Shown: positions 30,923 to 40,202 of the stretch, piece after piece | Layout of the letters: every line of letters starts with the position of its first letter | Position numbering within the stretch: the first letter of the stretch is position 1 | Translations under genes and position numbers: made by a program | DNA from: Patescibacteria group bacterium | GTDB taxonomy: Bacteria > Patescibacteriota > Microgenomatia > UBA12405 | Direction of reading: 5' to 3' | Assembly (NCBI GenBank): GCA_018902845.1 | Contig: JAHIPV010000020.1 | Coordinates: 74,810-138,809, forward strand | Length of the DNA: 64,000 nt | The notes under the pieces: generated by a model | Databases searched by the model: none | The model's input: the letters and a program-made list of their open reading frames with translations, nothing else | Told to the model about the DNA's origin: nothing

Positions 30923-32164
30923 TTAAATTCGTTTTAGTTTGTGAAGCAGATAATCATCTGTTAGTTGGGTGGAAGAAACAATTTCAAATGGTTGCATACT
31001 TTTTACTTCCCATACTGTTTCGGTTTGTGGCGGACGGTTTTTTGAGGCTATTAAAAACAGTATTTTCGATTTAGGATAATCTTCTATTGCCATTGGTGGG
31101 CATTTTTTTGTGGTTAGCAAGTATCTAAGATCGTAGGAGATGGTGTTACCCGTTATGGTTGATGCAACATTGTAATCGAGCGGACAGTCATCTTTTAGTA
31201 TTTCTGAAACTACTTTTTGCTGAATTAGATATGTCCAATCTTTGGGATGACCTTGTGGAGTTTGTGTTTTGTTTTTTATGAGAAATAACAAATTAAATAA
31301 AAGAGGGATTAAAATTAATAAATTTAATAATATTTTTTTGGAATAAAATTTATTTAAAAATAGGGAATAAAAATATAGGAAAGGAATTAGGAAGGGGAAA
31401 ATAAAATAATAAATAGAGATATCTGAACCTTTGTTTGATTGATTAAAAACAAAGAAAATTGTTTTTAGGTTATAAAAGGAATTGCGAAATTCAAAAACCC
31501 AAAAAGGAAGATTTCCAAGTAAAAAGGAAATAAATATGATTAATAAATGTTTTATTTTAAGAATATTGTTTTTATGTAAAATTATTATTAACGGAATTGA
31601 CCAAAGTAAAACACTGTAATGAAAACTAAATGCTATTCCAAAAATTGTTCCTATTAAAAAAAGATAGATAAGTTTTTTGCTTTTTAAGTATTTATCAAAA
31701 AAAATAAGTTCTAAGATTGCAAGTGGTATCAGAAAGTGTGGGTTCCAAAAAAAACGACTATGAGTGATCAGATAACTAGAAGTAGATAAATATAAAAAGA
31801 CAGAAATTGAAATAACAGTATTGGTTTTATTTTTTAAAAAGATGGCAAAAAGAATATAAAAAGAAAGTTCTATAATAATCAGCAATACTAGAATGGTAAC
31901 CGGATTCCAGTTTGAAATTATTCCTAATGTTGCAAGTATATAATAGTAATTTGGTCCGATAAAAAATCCTCTACCATCAAAGGTTTTTGAGCTTACCATA
32001 GGGCCGATTAATCTTGGTTTTTTGTTTTTTACCATGTTGTAAGTTTCTAAAAGGTGAAGTCCTTGATCCAAATGGAATGTCATTTTTTGTGGAAGTTTAT
32101 ATAAACGCAGGCTTAGATAAAGAATGCTTACCAGAAAAATGCTGATTAAAAAAGACTTTTTCAT
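30923..32164 (-). CDS. GT-C (ArnT-like) membrane glycosyltransferase
   Basis: FHLDQG, LIGP, GPNYYY, SRFFWNPH. Confidence 0.75.
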   Translation of the reverse strand: MKKSFLISIFLVSILYLSLRLYKLPQKMTFHLDQGLHLLETYNMVKNKKPRLIGPMVSSKTFDGRGFFIGPNYYYILATLGIISNWNPVTILVLLIIIELSFYILFAIFLKNKTNTVISISVFLYLSTSSYLITHSRFFWNPHFLIPLAILELIFFDKYLKSKKLIYLFLIGTIFGIAFSFHYSVLLWSIPLIIILHKNNILKIKHLLIIFISFLLGNLPFWVFEFRNSFYNLKTIFFVFNQSNKGSDISIYYFIFPFLIPFLYFYSLFLNKFYSKKILLNLLILIPLLFNLLFLIKNKTQTPQGHPKDWTYLIQQKVVSEILKDDCPLDYNVASTITGNTISYDLRYLLTTKKCPPMAIEDYPKSKILFLIASKNRPPQTETVWEVKSMQPFEIVSSTQLTDDYLLHKLKRI

Positions 32165-32174
32165 TGTAGATTGA

Positions 32175-33875
32175 TTATATTTTTATAAGCAATAATGTGT
32201 CGGAGGCGGGTTTGGGGTGTTGTTGGACAATTTTTAGTTTTTCAAATTCTGTGGAAGGCAGTTTTAGGCGGGATTGGTTGATTAATAAATAGACTTCGTC
32301 GCCGTAATTTTTGGCATCTATTAATTTTTTAGGAATTTCGATTATGTTTATACCGATACCAAAAACGGTTAGCTGAGGAGTTTGGTCAGTATATATTTGT
32401 AAACCGTCTGGAAGAGTGCCAAAGTAGCCTTCGGTGCCAACTATGACATTGGTTTGGACAGCTCTTTGCTTAAGATAATCGGCTGATTGTTTAATTCCCC
32501 AACCTGAGGTCCAGTCTTGAATATAGCCGGTTTCAGTAGACGGAAGGTTTAAGTTAAAGGGTTGATAAGAAAATTGGTAGAGTCTGTAGAAGTTGGGAAG
32601 AAAAATTAAAAGTAAAATAATGTATATCCAACGGGATTGCCACGCTTCGCTCGCAATGACAGGTTTTTTCCTGAGAGATTTTTTTCCCGATTGATTGGGT
32701 TTAGGGTGACAAAGAAAGGGAGTAATCAAAAGACTGATTATGATAATTAATGGGGGAAGGGTGTAGAGAATGTAACGGGTGGTAAAAACTTTTGTAAAAA
32801 TAGCGTTGGCCAGAAGTGGAAGTATCCACCAAAAAGTGACAAGCAATAAGGTTGTTTTATTTTTTTTCTTGAGAGTAAGGATAAAACTAATTATTGTAAA
32901 AAGTAAAACCGGAAGAGAGATGAAATATTTATAGATAGTCCAAATGTCTAAAACGTGTGGCTTTAGAGGATCGAGGGGATGGTTTAATATTTCTTTTAGT
33001 CCCCAGATATAGTCTTTGTTGCGAATGGCGATCATATGAAATTGGGGGCCAAGACGGAGGAGATTGTAGATGCAGAAAGCAATTGCAAGAGTAATGAGGT
33101 TTAGGGTTAGGAGTTTAAAAACATCGGATTTATTCTTTTTGGGATCCTTCGACCCTTCGACTATGCTCAGGGCAAGCTCGCTCAGGATGACGGGTGTAGA
33201 CGCGGTAAAGATGGATAGGACAATAAAGAAAATGGCGGGAGATTTGGTTAGCCAGGCGGCGCCTAGGATAGCTCCTAATACTAATGAAAGATCAAGGCGA
33301 AGGAATAAAGATTGAAGTAGTGAAAGGTAAAGAGCCCAGGCGCCAAACATGGTTAATAGGGTGTCTGGAAGCGCCAAGCGGTCAAAGAAGAAGGAAAAAG
33401 GTAGAAAGACGTAGATTAAGGATGACAGGAGGCCGGAGTTAAAGTTAGTAGAAATGGTGTGGAGGATAAAAATCAAGGGGTTTTGATTCCAACGGGATCC
33501 TTCGACCCTTCGACTATGCTCAGGGCAAGCTCGCTCAGGATGACGTTGTGGAAGCTTGGAAGAAAGGAGACAAGTGGTGAGGAATATGGCAACCATAGTG
33601 CCAAGGCCAGCAAGAACTGAGAGAAGACGGCCGGCAAAAAGCGGATCTGAAAAAAAGGAAAGAATAGGTGTTGTCAGCCACATAAAAAGAGGTTGTTTGC
33701 CATCAGTAAGTGGTATAAAACGTAACGTTTCTACATTTTTTATAATTTGGGACCAGCGAATGTAAATAGCTTCGTCGGCAAAAACTGGGATGGAGGTTAG
33801 GTTTTGAAGGCGGGTTAGAAAGTATGTAGCAATTAACAAAATACTGATAATGATTTGTTTGTGGATTTTTTTCAT
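32175..33875 (-). CDS. GT-C (ArnT-like) membrane glycosyltransferase
   Basis: FADEAIYIRW, DGKQPLFMW, DRLAL; likely start ATG 33875; four repeat inserts. Confidence 0.8.
   Translation of the reverse strand: MKKIHKQIIISILLIATYFLTRLQNLTSIPVFADEAIYIRWSQIIKNVETLRFIPLTDGKQPLFMWLTTPILSFFSDPLFAGRLLSVLAGLGTMVAIFLTTCLLSSKLPQRHPERACPEHSRRVEGSRWNQNPLIFILHTISTNFNSGLLSSLIYVFLPFSFFFDRLALPDTLLTMFGAWALYLSLLQSLFLRLDLSLVLGAILGAAWLTKSPAIFFIVLSIFTASTPVILSELALSIVEGSKDPKKNKSDVFKLLTLNLITLAIAFCIYNLLRLGPQFHMIAIRNKDYIWGLKEILNHPLDPLKPHVLDIWTIYKYFISLPVLLFTIISFILTLKKKNKTTLLLVTFWWILPLLANAIFTKVFTTRYILYTLPPLIIIISLLITPFLCHPKPNQSGKKSLRKKPVIASEAWQSRWIYIILLLIFLPNFYRLYQFSYQPFNLNLPSTETGYIQDWTSGWGIKQSADYLKQRAVQTNVIVGTEGYFGTLPDGLQIYTDQTPQLTVFGIGINIIEIPKKLIDAKNYGDEVYLLINQSRLKLPSTEFEKLKIVQQHPKPASDTLLLIKI
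32633..32661 (-). repeat. GTCATTGCGAG-type REP in-frame (VIASEAWQS)
   Basis: gggattgccacgcttcgctcgcaatgaca. Confidence 0.9.
33141..33192 (-). repeat. 52-bp nested REP in-frame (VILSELALSIVEGSKDP)
   Basis: Identical to 33494-33545. Confidence 0.95.
33494..33545 (-). repeat. 52-bp nested REP in-frame (RHPERACPEHSRRVEGS)
   Basis: Identical to 33141-33192 but read in another frame. Confidence 0.95.
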
Positions 33876-33915
33876 AAAAAAAATTATTGTGCTATTGTCT
33901 CGCATTGGCGAGACA

Positions 33916-33958
33916 CCTCACATTCGTGAGAGATTCCTCCGCTTCGGTCGGAATGACA
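33916..33958 (-). repeat. Intergenic REP with ctcgcattcgcgag-type module
   Basis: Similar to 49852-49894 and 55145-55187. Confidence 0.8.
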
Positions 33959-33963
33959 AATTG

Positions 33964-34725
33964 TTAATTATATTTGCCTTTGAGATTGTTAACTAAGACA
34001 TTTAGGATTTCTTTGGCCATTTGGATTGATTCTTTCTTGAATCTTTCCAGATTATCCCCTTTTGTGGTACTGGTATCTTCGTTTACCCAAACAACTGGTA
34101 CTTCTTTGATTTTATATCCTTGTTTTTGCAGCATAAAGAGCAATTCAACATCGTAAGCAGAAACAGTCCAGCCTTTTTTATTTCTTTTTTGAGTAAAAAA
34201 AGATAATTTTGGGAAGATTTTTTTTACTACATCAGTTTTAAAAGCTTTAAAGCCACACTGAGTATCGCGAATTTTTGGGAGAAGAAAAAGACGGCGACTT
34301 GAAAGAAATACCAAGGTCATTAGCTTTCTTATTGCACTAAAGCTTTTTCTGGTTGTACCACGGGAACCGATGACTACGTCGAAGCCATTGTTAAAGTGTG
34401 GTAGAAGTTTTGAAAGCTGTGATATGGGCGTAGATTGATCCATATCGGTAAATAGAACCAAGGGATATCGGGCTTTTTTGAGCCCTACCAAAACAGCCGA
34501 TGGTTTGCCACCATGAGAAAGATTTATTATTTTAAAGTTTTTATGTTTTGCGACAAATTGTTTAATTATTTTTAGACTGTTATCTGTTGAGGCGTCATTG
34601 GCTATAATTACCTCCCATTTATATGTTTGTTTGGAAAGATAAGTATAAACTTCGTTTAGCACTCCCCTATTAAGATTTGATTCTTCGTTGTAGCAAGGAA
34701 TTATGATAGAAATTTTCAATTTCAT
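33964..34725 (-). CDS. GT2, polyprenol-phosphate glycosyltransferase-like
   Basis: IIIPCYNEE, FTDMDQS, RDTQCGFK, AYDVELL. Confidence 0.9.
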   Translation of the reverse strand: MKLKISIIIPCYNEESNLNRGVLNEVYTYLSKQTYKWEVIIANDASTDNSLKIIKQFVAKHKNFKIINLSHGGKPSAVLVGLKKARYPLVLFTDMDQSTPISQLSKLLPHFNNGFDVVIGSRGTTRKSFSAIRKLMTLVFLSSRRLFLLPKIRDTQCGFKAFKTDVVKKIFPKLSFFTQKRNKKGWTVSAYDVELLFMLQKQGYKIKEVPVVWVNEDTSTTKGDNLERFKKESIQMAKEILNVLVNNLKGKYN

Positions 34726-34747
34726 ATTAATTAATTCTGGTTTTTAT

Positions 34748-34784
34748 GGGATTCTTCGTCCGATCAATCGGACTCAGAATGACG
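34748..34784 (-). repeat. Intergenic GTCAT-type REP
   Basis: gggattcttcgtccgatcaatcggactcagaatgacg. Confidence 0.9.
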
Positions 34785-34838
34785 GGTATTGGCTTAAAGA
34801 TGATGTTTCTTTGATTATTTTAACAATAATTTTGTTTT

Positions 34839-36362
34839 TTAATCTTTCTCACTTGGAGTCATAAGGAAAATTTTTATGTTGTTGACTTCCCATTGTTGGC
34901 GGATTTTGGCAGGGCCAAAGGCAGCAATATCCCAAAGTGGATCCCCTTCCGGGGTGCATTCCTGTTGCCAGGGTTCACAAATAACAAAAAGCTGATCAGT
35001 TTTTTTGTCTGCCAAAAGGTATAAGGGTAACTTTTTGAGATTAGCAATGTATCTGTATGGTGGATCGTAATTTTGTTTGGCTAACAAGGCTAGATTAAAT
35101 TCGTTTTGATTTGATTCTTGGGCGATTAGGTCGACTATTTTTTTGGTAGTTTGCAGTTGTTTGTTGGCGGAAAAGCGAAAAGGATTTTCCAAAATAGAAA
35201 GAGTGGCAATGATGGCCAAAAGTAATATGGCCAATAGTTTTATATAAAATTTTTGCTGGAAAAGAAAAGAAATGAAATTAGCCGTAAGCAAACAAACGAT
35301 GGGGAATAAAAAAGCAAAATAGTGATCGTAAATGTGCTGTTTATAAAGACCAAGACCCAAAATGCCTATTATTAGCCAAATATATAATAAGGTGAGAAAA
35401 GGTGCTTGTCCCCCTGCGGGTGACTGCGCTGACGCTTGTTTTCTTGTTTTTAAAAAAGAAAAGAGAAAACCAAAAAAAAGCAGGGTGGAAATTAGGCTTC
35501 CCCATATTTCGTTTTTGCCGGCAATGAGCCTGGTAATAATTTGTCTAAATAATGGCCAAATTTGAGGAATAGCCTTGTAGACTTTTAGGTTAACTGTGGT
35601 TTGCCTGATGGTGAAAAACTTTATGATAGAGTTGATGTTTTGGCCATTGTGTTTTATGTCAAAAAGAATTTGTGGCAAGAGAGAAAGAAAAAAGAGAAGA
35701 AGGGCATAAAGAGAATATTTGATGAATTGCTTATTAATTCCAACGGGATCCTTCGACTGGCTCAGGATGACGGAGTAATAGAAAAAATAGATGGCAAAAA
35801 CGGGCAGGAGTAAGAGGGCTAGGTAGTGAGAGTTTAGGCAAAAAATGAATGAAATGGATGAAAGAATTAAAAATTTATATTTTTTTTGAATAAAAACTTG
35901 ATAGATAGACCATATAAAAAGAAGTGAGAAAAAAGGCATGATATTTGGATTCCAGGAAAAACTACTGTATTTTATTATTACCGGTGAAATTGAATACAAG
36001 AAAGAGGCAATTAGGGCAGTGGGGTGGTTTAAATATTTTTTGGCCAACAGATAAATCAAAAAGGTTGTAGCTACTGAAAATAATGCCACCATGATGGCCG
36101 GTCCTACTGGATTGAAATTACTGAAAAGCAAAAATGGTGCCATTAAGTAGTAATAAAGAGGACCAAGATACATATTGCCAATTGAAGTTTGAGGGCCTAT
36201 GAACATTAGATCTCTTTCTTTTAAGAATTTAGCTACTAATACTACATCACGGCCTTGATCGCCCAAGAATTCCATGTAATCAGAAATTTTAAACAGACGA
36301 AGAAAAGCAGAGAGAAGAAGAATGAAAATAATAAATTTATTTTTTTTTAGTATTTTTTTCAT
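34839..36362 (-). CDS. GT-C (ArnT-like) membrane glycosyltransferase
   Basis: FLGDQGRD, GPLYYY, SWNPN; inserts at 35410-35438 and 35745-35772. Confidence 0.85.
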   Translation of the reverse strand: MKKILKKNKFIIFILLLSAFLRLFKISDYMEFLGDQGRDVVLVAKFLKERDLMFIGPQTSIGNMYLGPLYYYLMAPFLLFSNFNPVGPAIMVALFSVATTFLIYLLAKKYLNHPTALIASFLYSISPVIIKYSSFSWNPNIMPFFSLLFIWSIYQVFIQKKYKFLILSSISFIFCLNSHYLALLLLPVFAIYFFYYSVILSQSKDPVGINKQFIKYSLYALLLFFLSLLPQILFDIKHNGQNINSIIKFFTIRQTTVNLKVYKAIPQIWPLFRQIITRLIAGKNEIWGSLISTLLFFGFLFSFLKTRKQASAQSPAGGQAPFLTLLYIWLIIGILGLGLYKQHIYDHYFAFLFPIVCLLTANFISFLFQQKFYIKLLAILLLAIIATLSILENPFRFSANKQLQTTKKIVDLIAQESNQNEFNLALLAKQNYDPPYRYIANLKKLPLYLLADKKTDQLFVICEPWQQECTPEGDPLWDIAAFGPAKIRQQWEVNNIKIFLMTPSEKD

Positions 36363-36371
36363 GCTGACACG

Positions 36372-37097
36372 TTAGTGAAGGGCTTTCCAGAGGTTAATAG
36401 AGTCTATGGCGGCCTTTTTCATAACTTTGAAATCAGATCCACTTGATGAACCGTGTAAGCGAGGATAATGACCAATCGGGACTTGGGCCCATTTGAATCC
36501 AAGTTTTTTGATTTTGATTAATAGTTCGGTGCTGGTGATGGCGCTGTCAGTTTTTAGTTTGCCAACCTGGTCAATAACCTTTTTGTTAAAAAGTTTGAAG
36601 GCACAGTCAACATCTTTGACTCCATAGAAACCGAACCAGATAAAGTTCCATATTTTGAGCAAATTGGCGATAAGAATTCGAGTGTAAGAATCTCTTCTTT
36701 TGGCGCGATAACCCAAAATAACCTGGTAATTAGTTTCTTTTTGTTTTTTGATTAATTTTTTGATATCAGAAAAATCAAATTGGCCGTCTGAGTCGGTAAA
36801 AGTAATCCAGTCGTACTTTGAATTATAGAGGCCTGCTTTAAAAGCGCCTCCGTAGCCTTTGTTTTTGAGGTGATTGATGATTTTTAGTTTATTTCCGTGT
36901 TTTTTGGCGAGGATTTTGGCTTTTTCTAGTGTTTTGTCAGTGGAGCCATCGTTGACTAAAACGATTTGCCATTTTGGAGTTATTTTGTTTAAAACCAAAA
37001 CAGCCTTGTTAACAGTATTTTCGATGTTTTTTTCTTCGTTATGGCAGGGAAAAAAGACAGAAAGTTCAGGAATGATGTATTTAGCTTTGACTGACAT
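36372..37097 (-). CDS. GT2, polyprenol-phosphate glycosyltransferase-like
   Basis: FFPCHNEE, NKGYGGA, FTDSDGQF, DVDCAFK. Confidence 0.9.
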   Translation of the reverse strand: MSVKAKYIIPELSVFFPCHNEEKNIENTVNKAVLVLNKITPKWQIVLVNDGSTDKTLEKAKILAKKHGNKLKIINHLKNKGYGGAFKAGLYNSKYDWITFTDSDGQFDFSDIKKLIKKQKETNYQVILGYRAKRRDSYTRILIANLLKIWNFIWFGFYGVKDVDCAFKLFNKKVIDQVGKLKTDSAITSTELLIKIKKLGFKWAQVPIGHYPRLHGSSSGSDFKVMKKAAIDSINLWKALH

Positions 37098-37117
37098 TAG
37101 ATAAGTATAAGATATAA

Positions 37118-37183
37118 AATTACGAATTACGAATTAAGAATTACGAATTGAGGGCGTCATTCTGAGTGGAAGCGAAGAATCCC
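37118..37183. repeat. 7-bp tandem repeat (aattacg) followed by a GTCAT-type REP (37155-37183)
   Basis: aattacgaattacgaattaagaattacgaatt; cgtcattctgagtggaagcgaagaatccc. Confidence 0.8.
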
Positions 37184-37193
37184 AAAGAGGTGT

Positions 37194-38492
37194 TTACTGC
37201 ATGTGGAGGTATAGAGTCATTTTGCCGTCGGGATGAAAAAGTTTGACGTGGTTGCCTAAACTGCTTGACGGGTTTCTAAAAAAGTAGGCAACACCTTCGT
37301 TAATAGCCAAAATCGTTCTGTTTGATGAAACAAGGTCAATACCGTGGTGGAATTTGTCACTGTAGAGATAAGCATACTTAGTGACTCCCCTGCCTTGAGT
37401 TATTTCGAAAGGATTATTTAAAGGCCAACCATATTGATTAATATATTCCTGCGCGTCTATGTCATTAAAATAACTCCAAACAGAAAGATTTTCTTCTTTA
37501 AGTTGATAAAGACCAAAGTGTAAGTGTGTACCACAATCAGGGCACGTGGGGGATGGTGGTGGAAGAGAAAATCCGGTATTGCCCATTATTCCCAAAGGTT
37601 CACCTTTGCTAACTTGTCTTTTTCCAACAAATTTAGCTTTTAAAAGAGCGCTTAGTTCTTGTTCTGCCTCTGATTTTAGTTTTTGGTAGGTTTTTTCGTC
37701 GTTTTTGGTAATAGCCAAAAGATTGTCTTTGGCTGCTTTTTGTCCAATCAATTCCTTTTTTTGTCTGTCCAGGGTTTCTTGAAGGTTGGCCAGTTCTTCT
37801 TGTTTTTGTTCTTTTTTTTGTTTTTGAATATCATAGTTAGTCCTGACTGTTTCCAGGTTAAGCATGGTTTGCTGGTTGGCTTTTTGAAGAACCTGAATAT
37901 ATTTATATTGTTCAAAGAAGTGGTTAAAGCTTTTGGAGGAAAAAATACTAATGGATGGAATTTTTTTACTTATTTTGTAATTTTCATTGACTTGGCTCAA
38001 AAATAAACTTGATAGCTTGTTTAGATCAACATCAAGTTTATTAATTTCTTGTGTCAATTCGATAATTTCTTTTTTGAGAATTTCTATAGATTGTTCTATT
38101 TGAGAAATTTTTAGAGAAGTCAGCTGAACCTGGGAATTAAGATAGTTGATTTGGTTAGAAAGAGTGTCTTTTTCTTTGGAAAGTTGAATTAGTTTTTCTG
38201 TATATTGGTCTATTTTGTTTTGAATGTCGCCAGGAGTGTTTTGAGCTTGAATGGAAAAAGAAAAAAAGAAAAAGAAAATGAGAGATAAAAATAAAAAAAA
38301 AGCTTTTTTAAAGTTCCGACGGGATTGCCACGTCGTCACGTAATAAATTAAGAAATTTAAACGTGATTTCCTCGCAATGACAGGTGTATCATACTTGCGG
38401 GCGACCGCAAGGGTCGCCCCTACAAAAAACTGGCGCAATGACTGGATGTGATGCTTGATACTGGTGATTATTTTATTCACCCGTTTTATCAT
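37194..38492 (-). CDS. EnvC/CwlO-like coiled-coil protein with M23 peptidase domain (apparently circularly permuted)
   Basis: TM/signal segment, long coiled coil, HLH and HHGID motifs; immediately downstream of ftsEX. Confidence 0.8.
   Translation of the reverse strand: MIKRVNKIITSIKHHIQSLRQFFVGATLAVARKYDTPVIARKSRLNFLIYYVTTWQSRRNFKKAFFLFLSLIFFFFFSFSIQAQNTPGDIQNKIDQYTEKLIQLSKEKDTLSNQINYLNSQVQLTSLKISQIEQSIEILKKEIIELTQEINKLDVDLNKLSSLFLSQVNENYKISKKIPSISIFSSKSFNHFFEQYKYIQVLQKANQQTMLNLETVRTNYDIQKQKKEQKQEELANLQETLDRQKKELIGQKAAKDNLLAITKNDEKTYQKLKSEAEQELSALLKAKFVGKRQVSKGEPLGIMGNTGFSLPPPSPTCPDCGTHLHFGLYQLKEENLSVWSYFNDIDAQEYINQYGWPLNNPFEITQGRGVTKYAYLYSDKFHHGIDLVSSNRTILAINEGVAYFFRNPSSSLGNHVKLFHPDGKMTLYLHMQ
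38321..38442 (-). repeat. Composite REPs in the 5' end of the M23 gene, including GTAG-REP 38399-38423
   Basis: gggattgccacg...ctcgcaatgaca and gggcgaccgcaagggtcgcccctac. Confidence 0.85.
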
Positions 38493-39358
38493 TTAATATA
38501 TCTTCTAACTCCTACAAGACTGGCAAGATAAGAAATGGTTACTCCGGCTAAATTGGCAATGCCTAGGATTTTTAGATAATAATTTAAATCAAACCGGATA
38601 AAGGTAACGGGTTTAAAAAAGTTGTTAATATCGTTAGCAAAATGATAGGCCAATAAAGAGGCGATAAGCCAGCCGATAAAAGATCCAAGGATGCCATAAA
38701 TTATCCCTTCAAGAAGGAAAGCTTTTTTGGTATAAAACCTGGAGGCTCCCAAAAGGCGACTGATTTTAATTTCGTCTTTTCTGTTGGTAATTTTCATGCC
38801 TATAATGACAGAAATTACGAAAAAGGCCAAGGTTGCCAAAACGGAAACGAGAATAATTCCAAAACGGCGAATATTGTTAGTCCAGGTTATCAAAGATTGA
38901 ACAACATCTTGTTGATAGATTATTTCATCGACTATGTCTTTTTTTTGGCTGAAATTTTGAGCAATTTGTGAAAGAATATTTGGATTTAAAGCTGAAATTT
39001 CAAAAGATGCCGGTAAAATACTGGCAGTAACCATTTCAGTTAGCATTTGGTTATCCTTGTTTTGTTCTTTGTAGATTTCCAAGGCTTTTTCTTTTGAAAT
39101 AAACCTGATTTCTTTTAGATCTGGATAGCTACTGATTTCTTTTTGAATTGATTCAACGGTGTCTTTATCAAGTCCGTCTTTTAGGAAGATAGTGATTTCT
39201 GGTTTTGATTCAAAAAATTTTAGAGTAGAAGACAATCCGGAGCTAATGATATAGAAAGCGGAAAAGACAAAAAAACTGAAGGCTAAAGTGCTTATGGCAG
39301 CTAAGCTTTGAAACGGAGATCTTCTGATGTGGTGCCAGGTGGTTTTAGAGGTGGACAT
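38489..39358 (-). CDS. ftsX: Cell division permease FtsX
   Basis: ITIFLK, ISKEKAL, LPASFEI, RLLGAS...FLLEG; follows ftsE. Confidence 0.9.
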   Translation of the reverse strand: MSTSKTTWHHIRRSPFQSLAAISTLAFSFFVFSAFYIISSGLSSTLKFFESKPEITIFLKDGLDKDTVESIQKEISSYPDLKEIRFISKEKALEIYKEQNKDNQMLTEMVTASILPASFEISALNPNILSQIAQNFSQKKDIVDEIIYQQDVVQSLITWTNNIRRFGIILVSVLATLAFFVISVIIGMKITNRKDEIKISRLLGASRFYTKKAFLLEGIIYGILGSFIGWLIASLLAYHFANDINNFFKPVTFIRFDLNYYLKILGIANLAGVTISYLASLVGVRRYIK

Positions 39359-39375
39359 GATTTAAGTATATATGT

Positions 39376-39426
39376 TGGATGACTAGATGACTAGATGACT
39401 GGATGACTGGATGACTGGATGACTGG
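39376..39426. repeat. 8-bp tandem repeat (gatgactg/gatgacta), about 6 units
   Basis: Direct reading; adjacent to TATACT box at 39365-39370. Confidence 0.85.
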
Positions 39427-39432
39427 AAAAAA

Positions 39433-40107
39433 TTATTTGGTTGTTTTGGCGGTGTCTTTGACTATTGCTCCGTTTTTTATGCTAATGGTTCGAGTATTTA
39501 ATGATTCTATAAGATCAAGGTCGTGTGTTGCTAAAATGATGGTAGTACCGGTTGATTTGTTGATTTCTTTAAGAAGTTTTATTAATTTCCAAGAATTATC
39601 TATATCTAAATTGCCGGTCGGTTCATCGGCCAAAATTACTTCTGGTTCTATGGCTAATGCTCGTGCCAGAGCAGTTCTTTGCAATTCCCCGCCGGATAAC
39701 TGTGATGGAAACAGAAACCTTCGAGTAGAAAGATCAACTTGTTCTATGACTTGATCAATTCTGGTTTGAATTCGATTTTTGGGATACGAAACTATATCAA
39801 GAGCTAAGGCAATATTTTCTTCTATGCTTTTGTCGGGAATGAGCTGATAATCTTGAAAAATCACTCCGATTTTTCTTCTGGTTTGATCGATTGCTTTTTT
39901 GTTATTTCCCCAAATAGTTCCATTTATAAGAATTTGCCCGTAACTTGGTTTTATTTGTCCTAGGATTAATTTTAATATGGTTGATTTACCGGCCCCGCTT
40001 GGCCCAATTAAAAGAAGAAACTCTCCGTCATTAATTGAGAAATTTGTTTTTTTTAGTGCTGAAACGATACCGTAATTTTTGGAAACTTTTTTAAATTTTA
40101 TTTTCAT
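39433..40107 (-). CDS. ftsE: Cell division ATP-binding protein FtsE
   Basis: GPSGAGKST, GVIFQDY, LSGGELQR, ADEPTGNLD. Confidence 0.9.
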   Translation of the reverse strand: MKIKFKKVSKNYGIVSALKKTNFSINDGEFLLLIGPSGAGKSTILKLILGQIKPSYGQILINGTIWGNNKKAIDQTRRKIGVIFQDYQLIPDKSIEENIALALDIVSYPKNRIQTRIDQVIEQVDLSTRRFLFPSQLSGGELQRTALARALAIEPEVILADEPTGNLDIDNSWKLIKLLKEINKSTGTTIILATHDLDLIESLNTRTISIKNGAIVKDTAKTTK

Positions 40108-40168
40108 TCTTGGTAAAAGCTGGTAAATATTTCCATGTAAATTATTATTTTTTTTATTTTGTGGTTAT

Positions 40169-40197
40169 GAGATCCCTCGACTTCGCTCGGGATGACA
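40169..40197 (-). repeat. Intergenic REP
   Basis: gagatccctcgacttcgctcgggatgaca, identical to 6910-6938. Confidence 0.9.
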
Positions 40198-40202
40198 GAG
40201 GG

